In this document: positions 26,869 to 37,100 of the stretch, in pieces
How positions within the stretch are numbered: position 1 is the first letter of the stretch
How the letters are laid out: the number at the start of each line of letters is the position of its first letter
NCBI GenBank assembly: GCA_026416755.1
Contig: JAOAEP010000069.1
Location: 1-44,797, forward strand
Origin: a bacterium
GTDB lineage: Bacteria; Ratteibacteria; UBA8468; B48-G9; JAFGKM01
Direction: 5' to 3'
DNA: 44,797 bases
Notes under the pieces: generated by a model
What the model saw: the letters and a program-made list of their open reading frames with translations, nothing else
Database searches by the model: none
Told to the model about the DNA's origin: nothing
Position numbers and translations under genes: made by a program

Positions 26869-28834
26869 TTTTCATTATCTTTAAAATTTCTTCAAAAATT
26901 ATTTTACTTCCTTCTTCATTAGGTAAATTCACATAAACAAATTCATTCTTTTTAAAAAATTTTTCTCCATTTTCAACTTCCGAAAAAATTTTGTATATAT
27001 CTAAAAAAATAAAACCTCTTTTTTCTGAAATTTTTCTTAGTTTTTCTCTATAAGGTTGAAAAGTTTCTAAATAAGGATAAGAAGGAAATGGTGAAGTCAA
27101 AATTATATTTGACGTTTTTTGAGACAAAAGCCAAAGCATTCCATCATAAACTTTTTCCCATTCATTTAATCTATGTCTTCTTAAAAGTGAGTTTAAAAAA
27201 GGGAAGAAAATAATAAAAGTACTATCATCAATTTGATTTAAAATGTTCTGTATAAATTTAAATTCATTTAAAAGATAATTTACATACTTTTCTTCGGATA
27301 TTTTAAAAATTTCTATTCTCTTTTCTTTATAAAAATCTTTCAACAGTTTATATAAATCTAATGGGAAATCTCCAATAATAACTATTTTAAAAAATTCTTT
27401 TTCTTTTGTCTTCATATTTGAATATTCAGGGATTTTAAAAATAATAAATTCATCACCTTTTTTAAAAAATATCCCATCTATTGAATACTCACTTTCTGTA
27501 AGTCCAACCATCTTTATAATTTTTTCTTCTATTTCTATATCATTAAAATAAATTTTTATTTTAACTTCATTTTGTTGGTCAATAGGTAAAGTCAAAGATT
27601 TGCCGTTTTCTTTCCCAGGTAGAATATATAATTCCTTTTCATTTTTTCCGCTTTTAATTAAACATTTAATTGGAACTGCTGATAAATTTTCAATTTTAAC
27701 TGGAATATACAAAATTTCATAACCATAAACAAAATTCTCAAAAGGAAGAATGTCAAAATTTACTTTAATTTCATTTATGTCTCCTAAAACTATTTTATGA
27801 GAAAATTCACCGTATTCCTTATTTTTCTCTGTTTTAAGTAAAATATTTATTTCTTTTTTTATATCTTCTAATTTAACTATAATTTTTTCTCCAGTATAAG
27901 TTTTCCCTTCAATTTCCCAAAAATATCTATCAGAAGAAGACAAAGTTGCATCAAGTTTTATATAAACAAATTCCATATTTTTAACCTTAAATGGACCTTC
28001 AATTTCATAATCAAAATATGAAGTTTTTTTAGAAATCAAATTTTCAACCTTTCTTAATTTTAATTTTACTGGAACTTCATTTATAGAGGTCATATCCCAA
28101 TATACTTTCCCTTTATCATTATAAAATCCAATCCCTTCTAAATTTCTTTCTCTAATTTTCAAAAGTGGAATTTCTATTTTTACCCACTTTCCCCTTTCAG
28201 GTAAATCACCAATTTTTTCTTTCTTTATACTTTTTATTTTTATATTATCTTTTCCAAAAGAAAAATAATAATGTCTTCTATATCTTGAAATAATTTCCAC
28301 CATAATTTCTTCAGTATTTTCATCTTCAATAAAAACATAAGTGATAACTTTATCTTCAGAAGTAATAGGGAACTGTTTTGGAAAACTAATTCTATGAAAT
28401 GAAAAACCAGCATTTCCTGTATGAGAAAAAATTCCATTTAATGGTTTTTCAACCCATACCCAGACTCCTGATTTTATTGAATTTGGCAATATGTAATCAT
28501 CAATTAAAAGTTCTCCTTTTTTAAATTTATTATACTCTTTATTTTTTTCACTATATCCAAGGAAAACTTTATAATTTATTGAATTGGTAGGTTTGAAAAT
28601 AATCTCCATTTCATTATTTAAAAAATCAACACCTAAAACTTCACATTCTTTCCCATTTTCATCTATAATTTTTATATCATTGTATTTTTCTTTTCCCACA
28701 ATAAATCTAAAGGAAGCAAGTTTTACAGTTTCAATTAAGTTTTTATTTTCACATGAAAGATTTATCATATATTTATATTCAGCAGTAAAAGAAAAAATCT
28801 GTAAGATATAAAAAATAAAGAATATTCTTTTCAT
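26846..28834 (-). CDS. hypothetical secreted protein with a C-terminal degenerate SGNH/GDSL-like domain
   Basis: 662 aa with a signal peptide (IFFIFYILQIFSFTA). The N-terminal 480 aa match no family I recognise. The C-terminal ~175 aa follow the SGNH block order but with substitutions (IIGDF instead of GDS, and VNLPNEEG instead of D..HPN..G). Confidence 0.55.
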   Translation of the reverse strand: MKRIFFIFYILQIFSFTAEYKYMINLSCENKNLIETVKLASFRFIVGKEKYNDIKIIDENGKECEVLGVDFLNNEMEIIFKPTNSINYKVFLGYSEKNKEYNKFKKGELLIDDYILPNSIKSGVWVWVEKPLNGIFSHTGNAGFSFHRISFPKQFPITSEDKVITYVFIEDENTEEIMVEIISRYRRHYYFSFGKDNIKIKSIKKEKIGDLPERGKWVKIEIPLLKIRERNLEGIGFYNDKGKVYWDMTSINEVPVKLKLRKVENLISKKTSYFDYEIEGPFKVKNMEFVYIKLDATLSSSDRYFWEIEGKTYTGEKIIVKLEDIKKEINILLKTEKNKEYGEFSHKIVLGDINEIKVNFDILPFENFVYGYEILYIPVKIENLSAVPIKCLIKSGKNEKELYILPGKENGKSLTLPIDQQNEVKIKIYFNDIEIEEKIIKMVGLTESEYSIDGIFFKKGDEFIIFKIPEYSNMKTKEKEFFKIVIIGDFPLDLYKLLKDFYKEKRIEIFKISEEKYVNYLLNEFKFIQNILNQIDDSTFIIFFPFLNSLLRRHRLNEWEKVYDGMLWLLSQKTSNIILTSPFPSYPYLETFQPYREKLRKISEKRGFIFLDIYKIFSEVENGEKFFKKNEFVYVNLPNEEGSKIIFEEILKIMKNEKSTNN

Positions 28835-31065
28835 TTTTGTCTTTTAATTTTTATAGCAATGTCCTTTTCAAAAGGAATAATAGGAATCAAAAGCCCATCT
28901 TTATTTTCAATTATAATTTCTTTAATAACTTCTCCCTTATATGTATCCCAAAATTCTACTTTATATATACCCTCATTCAAATTTTTAAGTATAAGTTGAG
29001 CATCTTCAATCTTTATTGGATTAATTCTTTTAATTTGACTATTAAATACCTTCTTATCATAAATCCAAAAAAATCCTTCGTCTCTATTCTGAATTCCCAC
29101 AAAATCAACATCCTTTCCCATAATCTTACCATCAGAAATTTGTAAAAATTTTCCCCTCCTATCTTCATTTTCCCAGAATTTTGATAGTGCTTTGTAATGA
29201 AAATATAAGTTAAAGTGTTCAATAAAAGGCCACCACCAGAAAAGAGCAACACCAAACATTGGCATCATTGAAGAAGACCAAATTCCTCCATGTAAATTAT
29301 CCTCAAGATAAACTCTATCTTTGCCAACGCCAAATTCATTTATCATCATTGGTTTACCATATCCCTTTCTTTTCATATAATAGTCCATTACACTATTTAC
29401 TATTAAACTATCATATGCATTCCCAACAAGTGATTCAAGTTCAGGTATAACCCAAACCATTGGATCATCAGGTCTTCTACAGTAATGAGTTGTTATTGCT
29501 CTTTTATAAGGGTCAATTGATTTTAAGTAAGGATACATAATTTTATGCCAATATCTCACTTTATCAGATGAATAAAATCCAGTTAAATCTACTTCATTCC
29601 AGAACTCCCAGAAAACTATATTTGGTGAATAACCCCATCTTGAAACAATATAATTCAATCTCTGTTTAAAATATTCAATCGCTTTTTCATTATCAAAAAA
29701 TTCGTCAGGTGATTTTAAAAAACCTCCATTTATTTCATTATAAGGATTGTCCCACCATTCTGCGTCAGGATGAATGCTAAATTGTCCATGATTAATTAAA
29801 GTTAAAACCATAAAAATTCCATACTTTTCAGCAATATCACAAATATAATCAAGTTTCCATGAATTTTCCAAACTATATTTCCCAAGATTTTTATAATGAG
29901 GGGCATAATTATAATTCCATTCAATCCCAACCCACCAGGCACCCATCCATACCCTTGCATAGTTTTCTCCATTTTCAGCCATTTTTTTAAAATATTTATC
30001 ATAAGCAAAAGTTCCAAGCCCCTTTTTATATGTAAATTCATAAGGATAGGCACTTCTTTCATCATCTGGAGACCTCAAAGTATGCCCTATTGGATAGAAA
30101 AATTTACCATTTGAAAAAGAAAGGTAATATTTATCATTTTTATCCCAATTAACAAAACCATTTCTATCACTTTCAACAACTTCAAAATTCCCTTTATATA
30201 TCTCCATTTCTTTTTCTTTTCCATGTAGTTTTATTTTATATTCATACAAACCAACTTCTTGAGGAGTAAATCTAATTTTCCATTCACTTTTACCATATGG
30301 AATTAATTTTTCTCCTTCTTCATAAAGTGTTCTTAAATAATCATGATAAAAAAAGGCAGATGTTTCAAATAAATTTCCAGACGGAGAAATGAAAATTCCT
30401 TTTAATTTTAAATCAGGATTAAAAGGGTTATTAAATAAATAAGAAACTTCAAATGTAATTTCAAACTTCTCATTTCTTCCTATTTTTTTTGAATTTTCTC
30501 TAAAATTATATATAAAAAATTTTTCTTCATTTTCTCCTTTAAAACCTTCAAAAGAATCAATGTATAATTCACCGTTATAACTATTCCAAAACCATATGAT
30601 TATCCCTATTTCAGTTATATTTTCTTTCACATATGAATCAAAAACTTTAAGATGAGAAACAGGTTGCCAGAAATTAGTATTTTCTTTTAGATTTAATATA
30701 ACTTTTTTTTCTTCGCCTCTTTTTAATTTAATTTTTTCTGTTTCAAACCAATTCCATTCATCATCTTTTATGTATACAATAAATTCACCATCAATTCCAT
30801 CTTCTTCTGGGATATAAATTCTGAATGATAAATAATCAAAATCTTTACAATTAAATCTTCCTTCATGAAAAATTTTTACAATTTTTAAGTTTCTAATTTC
30901 TGCACATAAAGAATATTCGCCAGTACTTGAATATTTTTTGGATGAATAAAGTTTTGAATTTTCATCTTCTATTTTCCAATTGTTTATACTATTTTCAAAA
31001 TCAAAAATTATTTCAGAAAAAAGAGAAATAACAAAAATAAAAGAACAAAAAATTAGTTTTTTCAT
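28831..31065 (-). CDS. secreted DUF5060 + GH5-like (clan GH-A) glycoside hydrolase
   Basis: 744 aa with a signal peptide. It has an NPF.P-type DUF5060-like beta-sandwich (NNPFNPDLKLKGIFISPSG...FFYHDY). The barrel follows, with ENYARVW, FWEFWNEVD (candidate acid/base NE) and MMINEFG (candidate nucleophile E). Confidence 0.7.
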   Translation of the reverse strand: MKKLIFCSFIFVISLFSEIIFDFENSINNWKIEDENSKLYSSKKYSSTGEYSLCAEIRNLKIVKIFHEGRFNCKDFDYLSFRIYIPEEDGIDGEFIVYIKDDEWNWFETEKIKLKRGEEKKVILNLKENTNFWQPVSHLKVFDSYVKENITEIGIIIWFWNSYNGELYIDSFEGFKGENEEKFFIYNFRENSKKIGRNEKFEITFEVSYLFNNPFNPDLKLKGIFISPSGNLFETSAFFYHDYLRTLYEEGEKLIPYGKSEWKIRFTPQEVGLYEYKIKLHGKEKEMEIYKGNFEVVESDRNGFVNWDKNDKYYLSFSNGKFFYPIGHTLRSPDDERSAYPYEFTYKKGLGTFAYDKYFKKMAENGENYARVWMGAWWVGIEWNYNYAPHYKNLGKYSLENSWKLDYICDIAEKYGIFMVLTLINHGQFSIHPDAEWWDNPYNEINGGFLKSPDEFFDNEKAIEYFKQRLNYIVSRWGYSPNIVFWEFWNEVDLTGFYSSDKVRYWHKIMYPYLKSIDPYKRAITTHYCRRPDDPMVWVIPELESLVGNAYDSLIVNSVMDYYMKRKGYGKPMMINEFGVGKDRVYLEDNLHGGIWSSSMMPMFGVALFWWWPFIEHFNLYFHYKALSKFWENEDRRGKFLQISDGKIMGKDVDFVGIQNRDEGFFWIYDKKVFNSQIKRINPIKIEDAQLILKNLNEGIYKVEFWDTYKGEVIKEIIIENKDGLLIPIIPFEKDIAIKIKRQK

Positions 31066-33335
31066 TTTCTATATATTCTTCCCTTAAAAATATATGTCTT
31101 TGATATTTCTTCAATAATTTTTACATTTTCTGGGATAAAGTTTGAAATTTTTAATTCAAAAATATCAAAAACAAAATTATCTTTCTTTTCTTTAATTATT
31201 TTTTCTTCATTTTTCTTCTTATTTATTTCTATCTCTGGAAAGTAGAATGTAACATCTTGATTTTCAGGATATTCAATTTTAATTTTTAAATTTTTAGTTT
31301 TTACATTCCAGACTAATGCATCACCCTCTTCTTCTGCTAATGGTTCAATCATCAAAGGGCTATCATAATTTCTATAGTTTTTAATCTTCACTTCCCAGTC
31401 TTCTTCTTTAAAAGTAAAATCAAAATAGAGAATAAATTTATTATTAGTTATTTCATTTTTAAATTTTAAATCAAACTCGTCAGAAAACTTTTCTATGACA
31501 GGATAAAAAATCTTATATATATTTTTCTTTTTCCACTTATTTTTATCAATAAAAATTTTATCCTGCCATTTTAAATAAAACTTATCAAGGTCTTTGTTAA
31601 TCATCACATAAGGTTCACTTAGAAAATTTTCATTTTCAATCCAACTTTTTAAAATAAATTCTGTTTCTTTCTCGGGTTCTCCATAAGGATAAAATTCAAA
31701 TTCTTTATTTATATGATTTAAAAAAGGTACTTTTTCTGAAGGAATTAATCTTGTTATATTAGTTTCATTTTTTCTTATAATAATATAAAGTAAATTATCA
31801 GTTGCATCTTTCAATACAAAAAAATTCTTTTTTAAATTCTCTATTTCTCTTTGAATTCCTCTATCTCTTGTTATTGTCTCAATTTCATTTAAAATTTCCA
31901 CTCCTTTTTTTATTTCTCCTTTCTCAATTAATATTTTTGCAAGTAAGAATTTGGCATTTTCATTTTCTTTGTTTTTAAACAAAAATTCTTCAACTATCTT
32001 TTTAGCGTCTTCAAGTTTCCCTTTTTTCAGATAACATTCTCCTATATTTAGATAATAATTTTCTTTTTTAAACAACTCAATTAATTTTTGATATTTCTCT
32101 ATTGCTTTCTCATAATCTTCTAATCTTATATAGTGCTCTGCAATTTTTTTTATTATTTCTTCCTTATATTTATCATCATCTATTTTTTCAAGTAACTTCT
32201 CATATTCATTTATTTTTAGGATATAATCATCAACTGTAGAAAGGCGCCTATCAAATTTTCTTTCAATTGTATTTACTGTAAGTTCAATAATAGTCCTTTT
32301 AATTCTTTCATTTTTTGACAAATAATTGAACAAATCCCAAACATCATTTTCCAAAATTTTTCTTTCATTTTCCTCTGTTATATTATTAAATAAATTTGTA
32401 AGAATTGTTTGATTTTTTGGTGAATCTGGAAATATTTTTATAAATTCAATGTAATATTTTGAAAATTTCAAATTATAAGGAAAAACCTTATTAATTATAT
32501 TAAAAATTATATCTCCATTTGTATTTCTCTTTATTTCTTCTTCCTTTAAAATATCAAAACCTTCTTTAATTTTCTCTGAATAAAAATATTCAAAACTTCT
32601 GAAAATTTTATACGAAAGGGTATCTTCTGATAATTCATTCAAAGTTAAATTTCTTTCTTCAGGATTTGAGATTTCTCTATAATAAAAAATTGAAAGAAAA
32701 AGAATATACCAATTATTCTTCTCATTTTTAATTACTTTAAGAAAATTTTCTTTACTATTTTCGTATTCTCCTAAATTGTAATAACTTTCTCCTAAACGTG
32801 CTATTACTTGATAATTTTGTGAATTATGATTTATACAATTAGTATAGTTTTCAATTGCTCTTTGATAATTTTGATTCCAAAAATAATTATTCCCTTTTTC
32901 TTCATATGCTCTTGAAAGATTATTCTTTACATTTTGTAATACGGATACAAATTTAAGATTGTTACCATATTTTTTTAATATTTCTTCGCCTAATTTTATT
33001 ACACTATCCACATTCCTCTCTTTCCACCAGTAGATTTCAGAAAGAACTCTAATTGTTTCCTGAATTATAAATGGATTATCTGTAACTGTTTCATAAATCA
33101 AGTTTTCAAGATACTTTTTTGTTTTCTCTATATTTTTAAGGTAATAATAAGAAAAACCAAGATAAAAGTTTAATTCTGGATTATTTTTATCTTTTGCTTT
33201 TTCAAGGATATTTATTACATTTTCATAGTTTTTTTTATTAAACTCTATTTTTGCTTTTTCAACTACAGATTCTTCTCCACTTAAATAAAAGATAATGAAA
33301 AAAAGGAAAGTAAAAATATAAAATTTTTTTTTCAT
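31062..33335 (-). CDS. secreted tetratricopeptide (TPR) repeat protein
   Basis: 757 aa with a signal peptide. It carries multiple A/Y/N-patterned 34-aa repeats (for example YENVINILEKA..., NYQRAIENYTNCI, YEKAIEKYQKLIE, LEDAKKIVEEFL). Confidence 0.75.
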   Translation of the reverse strand: MKKKFYIFTFLFFIIFYLSGEESVVEKAKIEFNKKNYENVINILEKAKDKNNPELNFYLGFSYYYLKNIEKTKKYLENLIYETVTDNPFIIQETIRVLSEIYWWKERNVDSVIKLGEEILKKYGNNLKFVSVLQNVKNNLSRAYEEKGNNYFWNQNYQRAIENYTNCINHNSQNYQVIARLGESYYNLGEYENSKENFLKVIKNEKNNWYILFLSIFYYREISNPEERNLTLNELSEDTLSYKIFRSFEYFYSEKIKEGFDILKEEEIKRNTNGDIIFNIINKVFPYNLKFSKYYIEFIKIFPDSPKNQTILTNLFNNITEENERKILENDVWDLFNYLSKNERIKRTIIELTVNTIERKFDRRLSTVDDYILKINEYEKLLEKIDDDKYKEEIIKKIAEHYIRLEDYEKAIEKYQKLIELFKKENYYLNIGECYLKKGKLEDAKKIVEEFLFKNKENENAKFLLAKILIEKGEIKKGVEILNEIETITRDRGIQREIENLKKNFFVLKDATDNLLYIIIRKNETNITRLIPSEKVPFLNHINKEFEFYPYGEPEKETEFILKSWIENENFLSEPYVMINKDLDKFYLKWQDKIFIDKNKWKKKNIYKIFYPVIEKFSDEFDLKFKNEITNNKFILYFDFTFKEEDWEVKIKNYRNYDSPLMIEPLAEEEGDALVWNVKTKNLKIKIEYPENQDVTFYFPEIEINKKKNEEKIIKEKKDNFVFDIFELKISNFIPENVKIIEEISKTYIFKGRIYRK

Positions 33336-33338
33336 TTA

Positions 33339-34127
33339 TTATCTACTTAGACGGTAAGTTAGAAGTATTGGCCTATTTTCTCTAAGAACTTCAATTGTTA
33401 CAATGTCGGTATTTGAGTTTTTAATTTGAGTATAAACTTTTAGTCCAGTAGCAACGCTATCAATTAATATCCCGTTAACTCTCCTTATTATATCTCCATT
33501 TCTCAAACCATATTGATAAGGTAAACTATTTTCAGGTAAATTTGAAATTTTAAAACCTTCCACTCTACCTTCTTTTACATTTGGTAATAAATTTAAGTTT
33601 TCAATAAGTTTTTGGTCATTTATAAGAGAATTAATTGTTTTATTAAAATCAACATTCATTGAAACTACTTCTTCTGGAAAAATAGGATTTTCTACTTTTG
33701 GTGAAGAAATAACAACCTTAGATGTTTCTTCTTTTGAAATCACTAATGGTGTATTAGTTGATTTATTTTCAAGATTAAGAGAGATATTTTTCCCATCATA
33801 TTCAAAAATAACTTTATCTTTTAAAATTTTTATAATTTTACTTTCGCCAACTTTCTCTTCTTCTTTATATATATTTTCATTATTTGTTTTTTTATCTTTT
33901 ATAATAGCAAAAGAATTGCCCTGGGGAAAATAAATAATACCAGTAATTTCTATAATTGTTTCAAGTGAAGGTAACGGAAGTGGTTTTAAAATATTTGTTG
34001 GTTCAGTTTTTGGCGTTGGAGGAGGTGGTAAAGGAGCAGTAAATATATTTCTTTTTAATATTATTGACTCTCTACCAAATACTGTATTAAGCACAACTAA
34101 AAGAAATATAAACTTTGCCCACCTCAT
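33339..34127 (-). CDS. GspC-like protein (N-terminal TM, Pro-rich linker, HR/PilP-like domain, C-terminal PDZ)
   Basis: 262 aa. Has a TM anchor, PLPPPPTPKTEP, IEITGIIYF..GNSFAIIKD......IYKEEEKVGESKIIKI..DKVIFEYDG (HR-like), and GLRNGDIIRRVNG..I.......L.......I.IEVLRENR...L.Y (PDZ). Confidence 0.55.
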   Translation of the reverse strand: MRWAKFIFLLVVLNTVFGRESIILKRNIFTAPLPPPPTPKTEPTNILKPLPLPSLETIIEITGIIYFPQGNSFAIIKDKKTNNENIYKEEEKVGESKIIKILKDKVIFEYDGKNISLNLENKSTNTPLVISKEETSKVVISSPKVENPIFPEEVVSMNVDFNKTINSLINDQKLIENLNLLPNVKEGRVEGFKISNLPENSLPYQYGLRNGDIIRRVNGILIDSVATGLKVYTQIKNSNTDIVTIEVLRENRPILLTYRLSR

Positions 34128-34132
34128 TTTTA

Positions 34133-37100
34133 TTATTTTACCCTTTTTATCAACAAAATTAAACCACTTATAAAGATAATAAAAGGTAAAATGTTTGTTA
34201 TGTATAAAATAACCAAAACTATAATAAAGTAAAGAGCAAATTTAACAGGAATTATAAATATTGAATGTTTCTTTAAAAATTCTGCCAAATTAGGAGAATG
34301 AGTATAATAAAATTTTATGAATAATTTACCAAATTTATTTTTTATCAAAAATCTATCCCTAAATTCTCTCAATATCCTTACTTGCCAACTATTTTCTCCA
34401 AAACAAGCACTTGCAATAAAACAACCTCCAGCAGTTTGGGTAGATGGAATCCCTGCAGTATCAATCCATATGTAAAAATATTTTGTCTGTTGGTCATAAC
34501 TTAAACCAGATGGAACAGTTTCTTTATTGGAAAAAGAAGCCAGTGGTCTTGCATACCAAGAATATCCAAATAAAGCATTCCTATGTTGTGCCCTCACTCT
34601 TATATACCACCTTGCATTTTCCCATAGAATATGTGTATCATAGATTATAATTTCACATAGACCTGTAAGATAATTATAAACTCTATCTGCAATTACCTGC
34701 AATTCTGTATCTGGTCTTGTTACATCATCCGGTTTTCTATTTTTCCAGAATTCTATATAATAATAACTTTCACTTTGAGTATTATCGCTCCATTTTATCA
34801 CAAGAGAATTCCAGCCACCATATGCTTGTAAATTTGTTGGATTCTCATTAAATGGAAAAGCAGTTGGAATCGCCCAAGAAGGATTTGAATCGCTTGACGC
34901 CTCATTTGTCTGTTGATTAACTGCTCTTATAACATAATAATAAGGTCTACTATCTGAATAGATAGGAGTATCAATATAAGTAGTTGCATCTGCTGGAACT
35001 ATTTTAATTGTAGTATAAGGTGGATTAGGATTACCTATTGTTGGATGCCTTCTTCTTATTTCAAAACCAGTATGAGTTGAAAATGATAATTGATCCCACC
35101 TCAAATTAACTCGTCTTTCTCCACCTGTGGTTTTAAGACCTGTTGGTGTCAATAATTGAGTTGGTAAATCTTCTAAAACCCAGTAAAGAGAGGTATTATC
35201 ACTAAGAAAAGGAGAACGATAACTATATAATTTTCCTGCTTTACTACTTACCTGAATACCAATAACTGCATTTGCTCCAAAATCATAACTTACATTCCCA
35301 AATTCTACATCTTTATAACTGAATAAAATATCTGATTTGTTTTCAAAAAATACAACCTGAAAAGTTACTCCATTTGTTCCTCCTACATTATAATGAGGGA
35401 CATTTCTCCATTCAATAACAAGTTTTCTATTTGGAGCATTTCCTAAAACAGCCCAGTAGACATTATTACTCCCTTGTGAAGGTAATAAATCATCTCTAAA
35501 AGGTGCTATTTGAATATTTAAGGATGCATCAGGAAGTCCATATAATGAATTTTGTGTCCAATAATAACTTTTTATATCATCAAAAAAACTTATAATTCCA
35601 TTAGAATCAATGTAAACCTCTGTAAAGCCAGTGTCATATCCTCCAAATTTTATTGGAAAAGGAGCCCTTATTTTTACAACCTCATTATCCCCTAAATTTA
35701 GATTTGTCTCATAACCAGTAATATCTTCCCATCCAAAGGCAGTAGGATAGTAATTGTAACTTTTTAAAAAATAACATTCAAAAGAATCATTATTTGGCAA
35801 AGTAAACTTCCTTTTTCCTACTGTCTGGGTAGTGTTGTCATAACTTCCTGAATAAACTCCATCATTACTCATAATATCAAAACCATTCCCATTATCATAA
35901 AGAGTAAATGTCTCTCCTGAATCAATATTCACAATAACATCTCCTGCACCTCTTTCATCAATTAAATTTAAAGCAGATATATCAAGTTTTTCTTTATAAT
36001 AACAACTAACTTTATCTCCAATTGGTCTTAATCTTGCCATAAGTGTTTTCCCTTTTGGAGATACAGCATCTAAAGCATTTATTCTTTTTCCTGTTATTGA
36101 AATATCTTTTAGAGAGGGGATATCATCTCCACTTGTCAATATCAAATTTTTTATTTTTATCCAGTCATATGTAGTAAATTTTGATTTTATCAAAGCAGCA
36201 AGTCCTGTAACAAAAGGAGCAGCCATACTTGTACCATCCATACTTCCGTAAGAATTGGTTGGTAAAGTACTGTATATACCTTTTCCAGGAGCACCAACAT
36301 GAACTTTAAATTTCCCATAATTTGTTCCACCCCCCAAAGTGGAGAAAATTGCTGGTTGGTCATTTATATCTGTTGCAAGAACTGTAATTACATTTGGTAG
36401 ATAAATTCCAGCAGGATGAACTGGATCATAATCTATATTACGAAGTCCATTACCTGCTGCTGTGATAAACAAAATACCTCTTTCCATCAATTTTTCTATT
36501 GCCTCTTCAAGTGCTTGCATTCTAACATAACCACCAAATGACGCATTCACAGCAATAATATTTTCTCCTTCATCTTTCTTTTTCAATATATACTCAATAC
36601 ATTCAATAATCCAGTCAACTGTTATAGTTCCGGAAGAAGTACCTACTTTTAAGGGCATAAGTCCTACTTTCCAGTTAACACCTGTTACACCAATTCCATT
36701 ATTACCAACTGCTCCTATAATTCCTGCAACATGAGTTCCATGTCCTCTATAAAGACCGCTAATAGGTTCAATAAATTCTGAAGGTGCTCCTCTTTGATAA
36801 CTACCTATATTTGCAATTGTAGGATTTATACCATAAAAATCATCAACATAACCATTTTTATCATCATCAATAGAATTATAGTTTATTGTATTGAATATTA
36901 GTTCCCCTTTATTTAGCCATAAATTACTATCAAGGTCTGGATGTTTCCTATCATTTCCTCCTGCCATAGGAGCAGGTGTATAATCAATTCCGGTATCAAG
37001 TATAGCAACTACAATTGATGTATCACCTACTGTTATATCCCATGCTTCTGGTGCTTTAATTTTAGTAAGTCCCCATTGTTGAGGGAAATTTGTATCATTT

